30,000 bases of DNA from Cereibacter sphaeroides (GTDB lineage: Bacteria; Pseudomonadota; Alphaproteobacteria; Rhodobacterales; Rhodobacteraceae). Positions within the stretch are counted from its first letter, which is position 1; each line of letters opens with the position of its first letter. This document shows, piece by piece, positions 1-6,267 of the stretch. The translations under genes and the position numbers were made by a program. The stretch lies in the NCBI GenBank assembly GCA_003243455.1, contig QFQS01000013.1:2348-32347 (forward strand), read 5' to 3'. The notes under the pieces are model-generated. The model did no database searches and had not been told where the DNA came from. It saw only the letters and a program-made list of their open reading frames with translations.

Positions 1-219
1 CCGGACTTCTCCCCGGCGTCGCAGGACCAGATCGCCCTCCAGCAAATCAGCGAGCGCCGCGCGCTGGCCGACATTGACGCAGGCCGGATCGCCGACGCGG
101 TGAAAAAATGTAACACCATCTGGGCCTCCCTGCCTGGCTCGCCGTATGGTCAGCGCACGGAGACGCTCGACGACTTCCTGAGCTATTTCCGCAAGGCTGG
201 CGGTAAGGTCGCCGCATGA
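1..219 (+). CDS. Endolysin C-terminal fragment (lambda R-like lytic transglycosylase type); 5' end lies outside the window
   Basis: Frame +1 reads PDFSPASQDQIALQQISERRALADIDAGRIADAVKKCNTIWASLPGSPYGQRTETLDDFLSYFRKAGGKVAA*. From memory this aligns with the lambda R C-terminus (DFSPKSQDAVALQQIKERGALPMIDRGDIRQAIDRCSNIWASLPGAGYGQ...KFKEAGG). The TGA stop at 217-219 overlaps the next ATG (ATGA). Confidence 0.85.
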   Translation, partial: PDFSPASQDQIALQQISERRALADIDAGRIADAVKKCNTIWASLPGSPYGQRTETLDDFLSYFRKAGGKVAA

Positions 220-737
220 TGGCCGCCCTCCGGTTGTTCCTGCGCGCCTACTGGAAGCCGCTCGCGGTGCTGGTTGCCGTGCTGCTGGCTCTGGGGGGAT
301 CTTTCTGGGCTGGTCATGTCTGGACCGATCGAGGCTGGCAGGTGAAGGAGTCCGCCCGCAAGGCGGACGAATCCGCCCAGGTCGCCATCGGTGAACATGC
401 CGCCCGCATCATTGAACAAGGGCGGGACATTGCCCGCGAGGAGGCTGTAAAACATGCGAACGAACAAGCCGCACGGGCGCGCGCTGATTCCGCTGCTGCT
501 GGGGCTGCTCTTGATCGGCTGCTCGCACGAGCAAAGGCCGCCGAACAAGGTAACGCCGCCGCAAGTGCGACCGCTGCCCTCGGAAGCCAGGCAAGGGACA
601 AGACCGCCCGAATGTACGCCGACTTGCTCGAAGGGACTGGAGCGCTCGCTCGACGGTATGCTGATATAGCCGACGACGCGATCACGAGGGGGGAGACTTG
701 CGAAAGGATCTATGACTCGATAGTGAGTCAGCAATGA
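216..737 (+). CDS. i-spanin (Rz-like inner-membrane spanin subunit)
   Basis: 173 aa. It has an N-terminal TM helix (LAVLVAVLLALGGSFWAG) followed by an Ala/Arg/Glu-rich coiled-coil domain. It follows the endolysin with an ATGA overlap and carries an embedded lipoprotein ORF in another frame. Confidence 0.8.
   Translation: MMAALRLFLRAYWKPLAVLVAVLLALGGSFWAGHVWTDRGWQVKESARKADESAQVAIGEHAARIIEQGRDIAREEAVKHANEQAARARADSAAAGAALDRLLARAKAAEQGNAAASATAALGSQARDKTARMYADLLEGTGALARRYADIADDAITRGETCERIYDSIVSQQ
454..669 (+). CDS. o-spanin (Rz1-like outer-membrane lipoprotein), fully embedded in the i-spanin gene
   Basis: 71 aa. The signal peptide ends in the lipobox LLIG|C (Cys23), and the short mature part is Pro-rich with additional Cys residues. 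A GAGGAGG RBS lies at 438-444. Confidence 0.8.
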   Translation: MRTNKPHGRALIPLLLGLLLIGCSHEQRPPNKVTPPQVRPLPSEARQGTRPPECTPTCSKGLERSLDGMLI

Positions 738-741
738 GAGA

Positions 742-764
742 GGGGCCTTGCGGCCCCTTTTTTT
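742..764. terminator. Bidirectional intrinsic terminator between the convergent lysis and Ig-like genes
   Basis: GGGGCC-ttgc-GGCCCC hairpin (742-757) followed by T7 (758-764). The minus-strand side is followed by CTCTCTCATT. The stop codon of the Ig-like gene lies inside the T tract. Confidence 0.7.
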
Positions 765-1764
765 ATGCGGTGACGGTGAGAGCGCAAGCCGTGGAGGTTG
801 CAGTCTTGCCGCCCGCGTCAGTAACGCGGCAAGTGTAGGATCCTGCGTCGCCAGACGCTGCTCCGGTTTTCGTGAACGTGGCCGACGTCGCGCCGGAAAC
901 TGCTACGCCATCCTTAAGCCACCGATAGGCCAACGGGGCTACGCCGCCGGAAGCCTGCACAGGGCCGATCGAGATATTGCCACCAGTAGCGACGGAGGAC
1001 GTCGCCGGGGGCTGCGTCGTAAACGCCGGGAGCGTGTTTAACGTCACGGCGCAAGCCTGAGACGTAACGGAGCCTTGCTGGCTAGCGCTGTCCTTCACAA
1101 TACACGTATACGTCGCATTGTCCCCGGTCGAGGCGGTTTTGGTATACGTGGCCGACGTGGCCCCAGTGATGTTTACGCCGTTTTTCTGCCACTGGTAGGA
1201 GTACGGCGCGAGGCCGCCAGCCGCTGCGACGGTCAGCGTCAACGGGTCGCCGATGTAGACGGCTTTAGTCGGCGTCAGGTTGGTGGAGAGGGACAGGGCG
1301 ACTTTGAGGCGGATCCGCTGGGAGTCCTTCGTCTGGCCCTGGCTGTCCGTCACGGTCACGTAATAGTCGCCGTTGTTGCTCGCCTGGTAGTTGGCGATCG
1401 CATAGCTCGGCGAGTTGGATCCGACGTTAACAGTCGTCCCGCCGGAGACTTTCTTCCACTGGTAGGAAAGCGGTTCGATCCCCCCAGAGGCGGTGACGGT
1501 AAGCGTCTGCGTTGCGCCAGCCGTTACGAAGGTCGATCCGGCATCACCGCCAGCCACGCCGGGGAGATCCTGCGTAAACACGATCGGAGGTAGCAGGGTC
1601 GGATCGTACTCGATGTAAAACATTTTCGTGGGGTCGAGATTAGCCGGGTCAGCGTCTAACCAGATAAGATCTTTTTGCGGAGTCGCGCCGCTGGCCGGAT
1701 CCTCGATCCGGGTGACTTTCCAGCCCAGCAAGTCCGGGCGGTAGTAGCGATGCCAGTAACCCAT
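763..1764 (-). CDS. Protein with three tandem immunoglobulin-like (I-set-like) domains behind a ~70-aa unique N-terminal domain
   Basis: 333 aa. Three ~85-90-aa repeats each carry the signature (P)xxYxW.K.G...(A/S)TY..(T)....G.Y.C.V.D (PLSYQWKK / PYSYQWQKNG / PLAYRWLKDG ... YYVTVTD / YTCIVKD / YTCRVTD). A GAGGAC RBS lies 8 nt upstream of the ATG. Confidence 0.8.
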   Translation of the reverse strand: MGYWHRYYRPDLLGWKVTRIEDPASGATPQKDLIWLDADPANLDPTKMFYIEYDPTLLPPIVFTQDLPGVAGGDAGSTFVTAGATQTLTVTASGGIEPLSYQWKKVSGGTTVNVGSNSPSYAIANYQASNNGDYYVTVTDSQGQTKDSQRIRLKVALSLSTNLTPTKAVYIGDPLTLTVAAAGGLAPYSYQWQKNGVNITGATSATYTKTASTGDNATYTCIVKDSASQQGSVTSQACAVTLNTLPAFTTQPPATSSVATGGNISIGPVQASGGVAPLAYRWLKDGVAVSGATSATFTKTGAASGDAGSYTCRVTDAGGKTATSTACALTVTA

Positions 1765-1839
1765 AATTTTGTCCTCGTGGTGTGGCCGTGGTATAGTTCC
1801 CCGGCATTGTAGATCATCTTTGGGCCGTAAACGAAAGGA

Positions 1840-1866
1840 GCCGCTTTTTAAGCGGCCCTTTTTTTT
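1840..1866. terminator. Hairpin plus T8 terminator-like element; the T tract is on the + strand
   Basis: GCCGCTT-ttt-AAGCGGC stem-loop (1840-1856), then CC and T8 (1859-1866). On the minus strand the hairpin is followed only by TCCTTTCGTTT. Confidence 0.5.
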
Positions 1867-1966
1867 ACAGTGCTAATGATACGGCGTAACCAATTGCGGC
1901 CCATGCTGCCGCGCTGGCGGCGATTACGGCCCAGATTACATAGCGGTGTCCGCGTAAGTCTTTCAT
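1865..1966 (-). CDS. Possible 33-aa single-pass membrane micro-protein (below the ORF-track cutoff)
   Basis: My translation is MKDLRGHRYVIWAVIAASAAAWAAIGYAVSLAL*. Its ATG overlaps the upstream TGA (ATGA, 1963-1966). It has a hydrophobic 22-aa core. Confidence 0.35.
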   Translation of the reverse strand: MKDLRGHRYVIWAVIAASAAAWAAIGYAVSLAL

Positions 1967-2358
1967 TTGAATTTCCCCTCTCTCTTGAATTTCATGATCC
2001 GCCCACGAAGGGACGGGACAGTTTTGCCTAACCAGTTGGCGACGTGCGCGTGGGTCAGCTCGTCCGGGACTACCACGCCGCGCCCGGTGGAGATCACCAG
2101 CTCGTCCAGGTCTGCCTCGGTCAGCTCATGCTCCAGGAAGCGTAGGAGCCTGCTATCCTCTCCGGTGGTCCATTCCGTATAGGTCCGGTTGAATGCCAGA
2201 GACACGCCCAGCTCCGACGCCCGGACCTGCATCTGGCGGAAGTTGCGCCCGATTTTCTTTGCCAGTTCCTCGCGTGGCATGGTCCCGGCCAGGCGGATCA
2301 GCTCCGCGTCCTGCGCGTCAGTCCATCCGATAATTTCCGCTGTTACTTTACCCATCAT
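1963..2358 (-). CDS. Small DNA-binding protein with two tandem GcrA/Myb(SANT)-like HTH repeats
   Basis: I prefer the internal start MMGKVTAEII (AGGGGGG RBS, ATGA overlap with the upstream ORF) over the 230-aa track ORF. The repeats are GWTDAQDAELIRLAG.MPREELAKKIGRNFRQMQVRASELGV and EWTTGEDSRLLRFLE.... They resemble the WTDE..E.L..LW..G.S..QIA..LG..RNAVIGK.HRLGL N-terminus of GcrA, from memory. Confidence 0.6.
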   Translation of the reverse strand: MMGKVTAEIIGWTDAQDAELIRLAGTMPREELAKKIGRNFRQMQVRASELGVSLAFNRTYTEWTTGEDSRLLRFLEHELTEADLDELVISTGRGVVVPDELTHAHVANWLGKTVPSLRGRIMKFKREGKFK

Positions 2359-2549
2359 CCCCCCTTGAGGCGCTTTCTGTTTTTGGTGGCCGCTATGGCC
2401 TCTTTGAGCGTCGTCTCTTTCCCGCCGCCCGGTTGTACCCGGTCCAGTTTTGGGTCCGGCTGGTGGAGGAAGATCTCGCCCTCCGGTGTCTCGATCGATA
2501 TGTCCGCGATCGCCTCTTTGCCAAAGACTGCCGACACTTTGCTGATCAT
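2355..2549 (-). CDS. Hypothetical small protein (64 aa from the ATG; possibly 85 aa from the TTG at 2612)
   Basis: MISKVSAVFGKEAIADISIETPEGEIFLHQPDPKLDRVQPGGGKETTLKEAIAATKNRKRLKGG. The stop is translationally coupled to the next gene. The start is ambiguous. Confidence 0.45.
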   Translation of the reverse strand: MISKVSAVFGKEAIADISIETPEGEIFLHQPDPKLDRVQPGGGKETTLKEAIAATKNRKRLKGG

Positions 2550-2605
2550 GTCGTCCAGTCCGGCGGCCTGCGCCGCCTCCCATACCTCGCGGCGCGTACC
2601 CTGTT

Positions 2606-2842
2606 TTAACAATCTTTGTGGTCGTCCCACGGTCCGAAGCCTCCCACGTAGACAAATTCTCCGCCGTTCTCCCGGCGCTCCTGCCTGGCGTGATATGCCG
2701 CGTTCTGCCCGGTTCGTTTCTCCTGCTTCATTGCCTTGCAGGTCTTGGAACAAAAGCGGCCCCAGCCCCGTTTAAGGTCCGCCATGCGGACCTCGTGCAT
2801 TTTGCCGCACCATTCGCACGGCTTGATTTTTTTAGCGGCCAT
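2606..2842 (-). CDS. Small zinc-ribbon-like protein (CxxC...CxxxC)
   Basis: 78 aa, MAAKKIKPCEWCGKMHEVRMADLKRGWGRFCSKTCKAMKQ.... It has four Cys in a Zn-ribbon spacing and overlaps the neighbouring genes in the operon. Confidence 0.6.
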   Translation of the reverse strand: MAAKKIKPCEWCGKMHEVRMADLKRGWGRFCSKTCKAMKQEKRTGQNAAYHARQERRENGGEFVYVGGFGPWDDHKDC

Positions 2843-3113
2843 ATGCTTTCCGTAATGCGTCGTTAGCGTTTGCCATCAGCTCGGCGATCTCGCGCTGCGT
2901 GGCCTTGTATGCCTCCTGGCCTGCGTACCACATGCGGAGGCGGTTGGTCAGGCACTGCGCGTTAAAGGCCAGTGTCTGCGCCTGGACCAGCATCAGGCGG
3001 CTAACTACGCGCGCTTTGTTTGCGCGGGCGAAGATTGTCCCCGGCTGGTCGCCCCAGTATTTGGCGCGGAGGTCTGCCAGTGTCTGGCCGTTTTTGTTGG
3101 TTGCTGTAGTCAT
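2832..3113 (-). CDS. Hypothetical protein (93 aa)
   Basis: I prefer the start MTTATNKNG, which has a GAGGAA RBS 7 nt upstream, over the upstream start at 3173 in the track. I recognise no motifs. Confidence 0.6.
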   Translation of the reverse strand: MTTATNKNGQTLADLRAKYWGDQPGTIFARANKARVVSRLMLVQAQTLAFNAQCLTNRLRMWYAGQEAYKATQREIAELMANANDALRKAYGR

Positions 3114-3144
3114 TTCGTTTTCCTCGCTGGTTGGTGTGAGAAAG

Positions 3145-3173
3145 AATATAACAAAGGATAAATGGGGCCGCAA
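3145..3173 (-). promoter_or_regulatory. Putative sigma70-type promoter for the small-gene sub-operon
   Basis: The minus strand reads TTGCGG-17 nt-TATATT. The -10/leader contains the 15-mer TATTCTTTCTCACAC (3134-3148), which recurs at 27273-27287. Confidence 0.4.
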
Positions 3174-3197
3174 GGATTATTTTAATTATTTCGTGAT

Positions 3198-3226
3198 AAA
3201 AGAGAAAAGGCCCCGGAGTGGGGCCT
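3198..3226 (-). terminator. Intrinsic terminator after the MTase-like gene
   Basis: The minus strand reads AGGCCCC-actcc-GGGGCCT followed by TTTTCTCTTTT, starting 5 nt after the TAG stop of the 245-aa gene. Confidence 0.7.
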
Positions 3227-3230
3227 GAGA

Positions 3231-3968
3231 CTAGCGGACGTTAGCGAGGAAGGTAGCGAGCGCGAAGCCCTCCGGGGTGGCGCTGCGTATGTTCTTTGTG
3301 CGGGTACTCGATCCGCCCAGCTTGGACCAGCCGGGATTATCTTTAGCCGCCGGGACTGGCTTCACCTCCGGCATAACGAAGCCGCCACCACACCAGATCC
3401 CGGTCTGCTTCGGATAGGCATCGCGCGCCGGGTAGATCTCCGGGTATAGGCGGTGCTGGTGGTCGTCCGGCAAGTAGCCGCCGTAATGGTACGGGTGAAA
3501 CCAATAATCACAGGGCCGCCACATCGTCGAGAGCCGGGAGATCTTCGGATTCTCCAGCATCCAGGGGACGGGCATCGAATCATCATAATGTCCGTTCTCA
3601 TAGGCGGCGAGGTCCGCCACCTCCTCCACCATGCGAGCCAGCGCGACGGCCTTGTGTTGGAAGTACGGATCCCGCGCCCGTTTCAGCTCCCACCAGCGCG
3701 CCCCGGTGCAAGTAAGGTCGGTACACTCGGCAAACGAGGCGACAAACTCAATACCTGCGCCGACCTCCTCGACGATGGTCAGCGCCTCGATCTCGGTGTG
3801 CTGCGCGTTAAACATGCGCCCGACGCGGATAAGGTTCGGCTCCTGCGGGTCTGGGTGGATCCCGTCCTCGTGCTGGCCGTCATACATCCAGCATTGATAG
3901 CCAGCCCGGAGCCACGGATCAACCATGATCCGCGTAAGGTTGAATAAGAAAATCGCCTTACGCGTCAT
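3231..3968 (-). CDS. Divergent DNA (cytosine-5) methyltransferase-like protein with degenerate motifs
   Basis: 245 aa. FAECTDLTCTGA resembles motif IV (PPCQxFSxAG), WMLENPKISRL resembles motif VI (ENV), and FLFNLTRIM..WLRAGY sits where motif I (LFxGxGG...AG) would be but lacks the glycines. A GAGG RBS precedes the ATG, which lies 1 nt after the upstream stop. Confidence 0.45.
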   Translation of the reverse strand: MTRKAIFLFNLTRIMVDPWLRAGYQCWMYDGQHEDGIHPDPQEPNLIRVGRMFNAQHTEIEALTIVEEVGAGIEFVASFAECTDLTCTGARWWELKRARDPYFQHKAVALARMVEEVADLAAYENGHYDDSMPVPWMLENPKISRLSTMWRPCDYWFHPYHYGGYLPDDHQHRLYPEIYPARDAYPKQTGIWCGGGFVMPEVKPVPAAKDNPGWSKLGGSSTRTKNIRSATPEGFALATFLANVR

Positions 3969-3969
3969 G

Positions 3970-4554
3970 TTACGGCCTCGCTGGCATAATGATCATCGTG
4001 GACGGTCCGAAAGGCGTCTTAAACTCGACGCGCATCGGCATGTTATTACCCGCGAAGTGGAGATCAACAAACGGCATCTTAATCCCGAATTTTTTCCCCA
4101 GCTTTTCGACGAGGCCCAGATATTCCGCCATCACCTTAACGTCCGTCACGGCTTTGGAGTTGTTCTTCGCGCTCTCGATCACGCGGCCCAGATCAGGATA
4201 ACGGGCGTCCACAATGTCCACGGTCCCGACGGCCAGACGCTGGCGGCGGAAGTCGAAGCCGTCCAGGTCCTGCGGCTTGTCGGCCATCTGCGCGCACCAG
4301 TACACGATCCCGGCTTCGGTATCGATCACGGCGGTGGAGTAGGCGCGCCCGGTCGGCGGCGTGGAGACATTCAGGATCAGGCCCTCCGCCGGGGCCTCGG
4401 TCAGCGCGGAGCGGGTGGAGAGCGCTACGTGGCCGTTAGACGTCTGGATCTCGTCGCCTTTGAAGTGTAAAGCGTTCAGGTAATACCGCACATCCTGGCG
4501 GCCTTTGGTGAGCTGGTGAGCGCGGAGCGCGTCAACGGGTGCATAGATGATCAT
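3970..4554 (-). CDS. Truncated DNA polymerase III beta sliding-clamp (DnaN)-like protein lacking domain I
   Basis: 194 aa. QDVRYYLN (aa 20-27, nt 4474-4497) is identical to the E. coli DnaN domain-II motif HQDVRYYLNGMLFE. SNGHVAL matches TDGHRLA, IVDARYPDLGRVI matches LVDGRFPDYRRVL, and the C-terminal MIIMPARP matches YVVMPMRL (all from memory). A GGGAGA RBS is present. Confidence 0.65.
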   Translation of the reverse strand: MIIYAPVDALRAHQLTKGRQDVRYYLNALHFKGDEIQTSNGHVALSTRSALTEAPAEGLILNVSTPPTGRAYSTAVIDTEAGIVYWCAQMADKPQDLDGFDFRRQRLAVGTVDIVDARYPDLGRVIESAKNNSKAVTDVKVMAEYLGLVEKLGKKFGIKMPFVDLHFAGNNMPMRVEFKTPFGPSTMIIMPARP

Positions 4555-4567
4555 CTTTGAGTCTCCC

Positions 4568-5269
4568 TTAAATCAGGCTTTTGCCTGCGTACATCATTTC
4601 GGTAAGCGTTACGTATTCCGTCTTGATCTCGCCACGCTTGCGGGGCTTGATCAGGAATAAGACGGACGACTTCGGATTTTTGCCGCCAGGCTCCCCGGTC
4701 ACGGCATCCACAAACGCCACGCGCCCGGACGTCTCGCCGTCGCTGGTGATATGGACGATCACGGAGGCATGATCCAGCGCTTTCTTAAACCAGGCCGTGG
4801 AGGCGTCGGAGTTGACGAGGAGGACCGTCGAGACGCTGCGCGTCTTTGCCTGCTCGATCGCTTTGGTCACAAACGGCATCGGCTCCGCGTATGGTGGGTT
4901 ACACCATGCCAGCCCGTTCTCCGCTCCCCATTGCACATCGTCCCGGAGCGCGTTCGTCTCCTCGTCCAGATAGCAGGCGCACAGGGCGTTAATCTTCTCG
5001 GCGGCCACGTCGATCCCAAACTCGCCGAAACGCTTACGCGCCCAGGCGAAAAGCCACTCCGGCGTCCGCCACTTCTGGCGCACTTTGTCCGGCGTCTTGC
5101 TGCCCTTGAAACGGCGACCGCTCACGCGGTTCTCGTCGTCGGCCATGATCTCGTTAGTCGCTTTCTGGCCGATGGCCGCGAGCTGGGTCATAACGCCGTG
5201 GGCCACGCCATGCTCCGCGCCTGCCTGCTCCAGCATTTCGATCGTGCTCTTGTCGTTCTCGTCTTTCAT
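4568..5269 (-). CDS. Phage Dam-family DNA N6-adenine methyltransferase
   Basis: 233 aa. It has WRTPEWLF..., the catalytic NPPY motif (WCNPPYAEP) and the ...RVAF... layout typical of the phage 'Dam' N6-A MTase family. An AAAGGA RBS is present. Confidence 0.85.
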   Translation of the reverse strand: MKDENDKSTIEMLEQAGAEHGVAHGVMTQLAAIGQKATNEIMADDENRVSGRRFKGSKTPDKVRQKWRTPEWLFAWARKRFGEFGIDVAAEKINALCACYLDEETNALRDDVQWGAENGLAWCNPPYAEPMPFVTKAIEQAKTRSVSTVLLVNSDASTAWFKKALDHASVIVHITSDGETSGRVAFVDAVTGEPGGKNPKSSVLFLIKPRKRGEIKTEYVTLTEMMYAGKSLI

Positions 5270-5299
5270 TGGATTATCCTTTGTTGGTGGATCGCAATT

Positions 5300-5328
5300 A
5301 ACATAATGGAAGCGTGATTTTATTTCAA
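5300..5328 (-). promoter_or_regulatory. Putative promoter of the MTase/clamp operon
   Basis: The minus strand reads TTGAAA-17 nt (TAAAATCACGCTTCCAT)-TATGTT. The spacer carries the recurrent ATCACG motif. Confidence 0.45.
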
Positions 5329-5408
5329 GAGGAAAATGTGATTTACTTGTGTTGTCTCTTTCCTTCGTCGGAAAAAATTAGCGCCCGCTGGTATCGGTCG
5401 CGCCCATT

Positions 5409-5434
5409 GGCCCCTCGTGCGGGGCCTTTTTTTT
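5409..5434 (+). terminator. Strong hairpin plus T8, oriented for the + strand, inside a minus-strand gene block
   Basis: GGCCCC-tcgtgc-GGGGCC followed by TTTTTTTT. On the minus strand the hairpin has an A tract before it and no U tract after it. The primase stop codon (5433-5435) lies in the T tract. Confidence 0.5.
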
Positions 5435-6245
5435 ACCCAAACGCGCCGCAATAGTCAGCGCCCCAGCAAGCCCTCCCCGTCCGATCGTGCCGATACATCC
5501 AGATCTCGTCCGGGTCAGTCGCCACCATGCGAAGCTCCCGATCGCCCTCATACTCCAGCGCCACCTCGACGGCATTACCCGGCGTAAACGTCAGCCAGAC
5601 CTCGGCCCCTGTCCGCGCGGCCACCTTTGCAGCATGGCCGGGATCGGCCACCAGATAAGCCGTCTTGCCCCCGGCGACTGGGTGGATCAGGCCGTAGGAT
5701 CCCCACGTAGGGCCACCAGCGGCAAACGTCACGGAACGGTCCGGCGCGACCTTCGCCACGTTGCAGGGCGATCCCCCCATCGCACGGAAGCACGGCACAT
5801 ACAGGAAGCCGCCGCGCATGGTCCCTTTACTCATGATCAGCTCGACCTCCTCCGGCTTGAGGCTCCAGTCCTCGCGGGGCCGCTGCTGCATGGCTGCGAA
5901 TTTCTTCGCCTCTTTGACGATGGTTTCCCGCTTCTCCGGGGTGAGTCCGCCGATCCAGTCGCCCAGGTCGTTGATCGCCTCGTTGAATGGCTGGTTACGG
6001 GAGGCCATAAACCAAAACATCCCATCACGCGCGCCGCCACACGAGCCGGAGCAATACGCGAAGCCGTCCCGGCGTTTTTCCTTGTCCTTGTGGCCCCAGC
6101 GAAAACGGTCGTTACCTCCACATATCGGGCATGGTTGATGCCGCCCCTTGAATATGGCGCGGTCCCAGCCGCACAGCTCGATCAGGACTTGCTCCCATTT
6201 GTCCGGCATGGCGGCCAGTACATCCTCTTTTTTATAAATTGCCAT
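5433..6245 (-). CDS. DNA primase-like protein (P4-type primase Zn-ribbon plus Toprim-like domain)
   Basis: 270 aa. It has the HQPCPICGGNDRFRW zinc-ribbon signature and a C-terminal YLVADPGHAAKVAARTGAEVWLTF Toprim-like segment. A GGAGG RBS is present. Confidence 0.75.
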   Translation of the reverse strand: MAIYKKEDVLAAMPDKWEQVLIELCGWDRAIFKGRHQPCPICGGNDRFRWGHKDKEKRRDGFAYCSGSCGGARDGMFWFMASRNQPFNEAINDLGDWIGGLTPEKRETIVKEAKKFAAMQQRPREDWSLKPEEVELIMSKGTMRGGFLYVPCFRAMGGSPCNVAKVAPDRSVTFAAGGPTWGSYGLIHPVAGGKTAYLVADPGHAAKVAARTGAEVWLTFTPGNAVEVALEYEGDRELRMVATDPDEIWMYRHDRTGRACWGADYCGAFG

Positions 6246-6267
6246 GTTGTCCTCCGGTTAATTCTGC

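Noticed and set aside
183-734. 183-aa and nested 123-aa/61-aa ORFs on the minus strand
   Set aside because: They are antisense to the spanin genes. The + strand frames have clear TM/coiled-coil and lipobox features, which explain the region.
2359-2655. N-terminal 99-aa extension of the 230-aa ORF (1963-2655), and the + strand ORF 2365-2775
   Set aside because: The extension is Gly/Arg/Thr-rich low complexity and overlaps two better-supported, translationally coupled small genes. The internal MMGK start has a strong RBS and an ATGA overlap.
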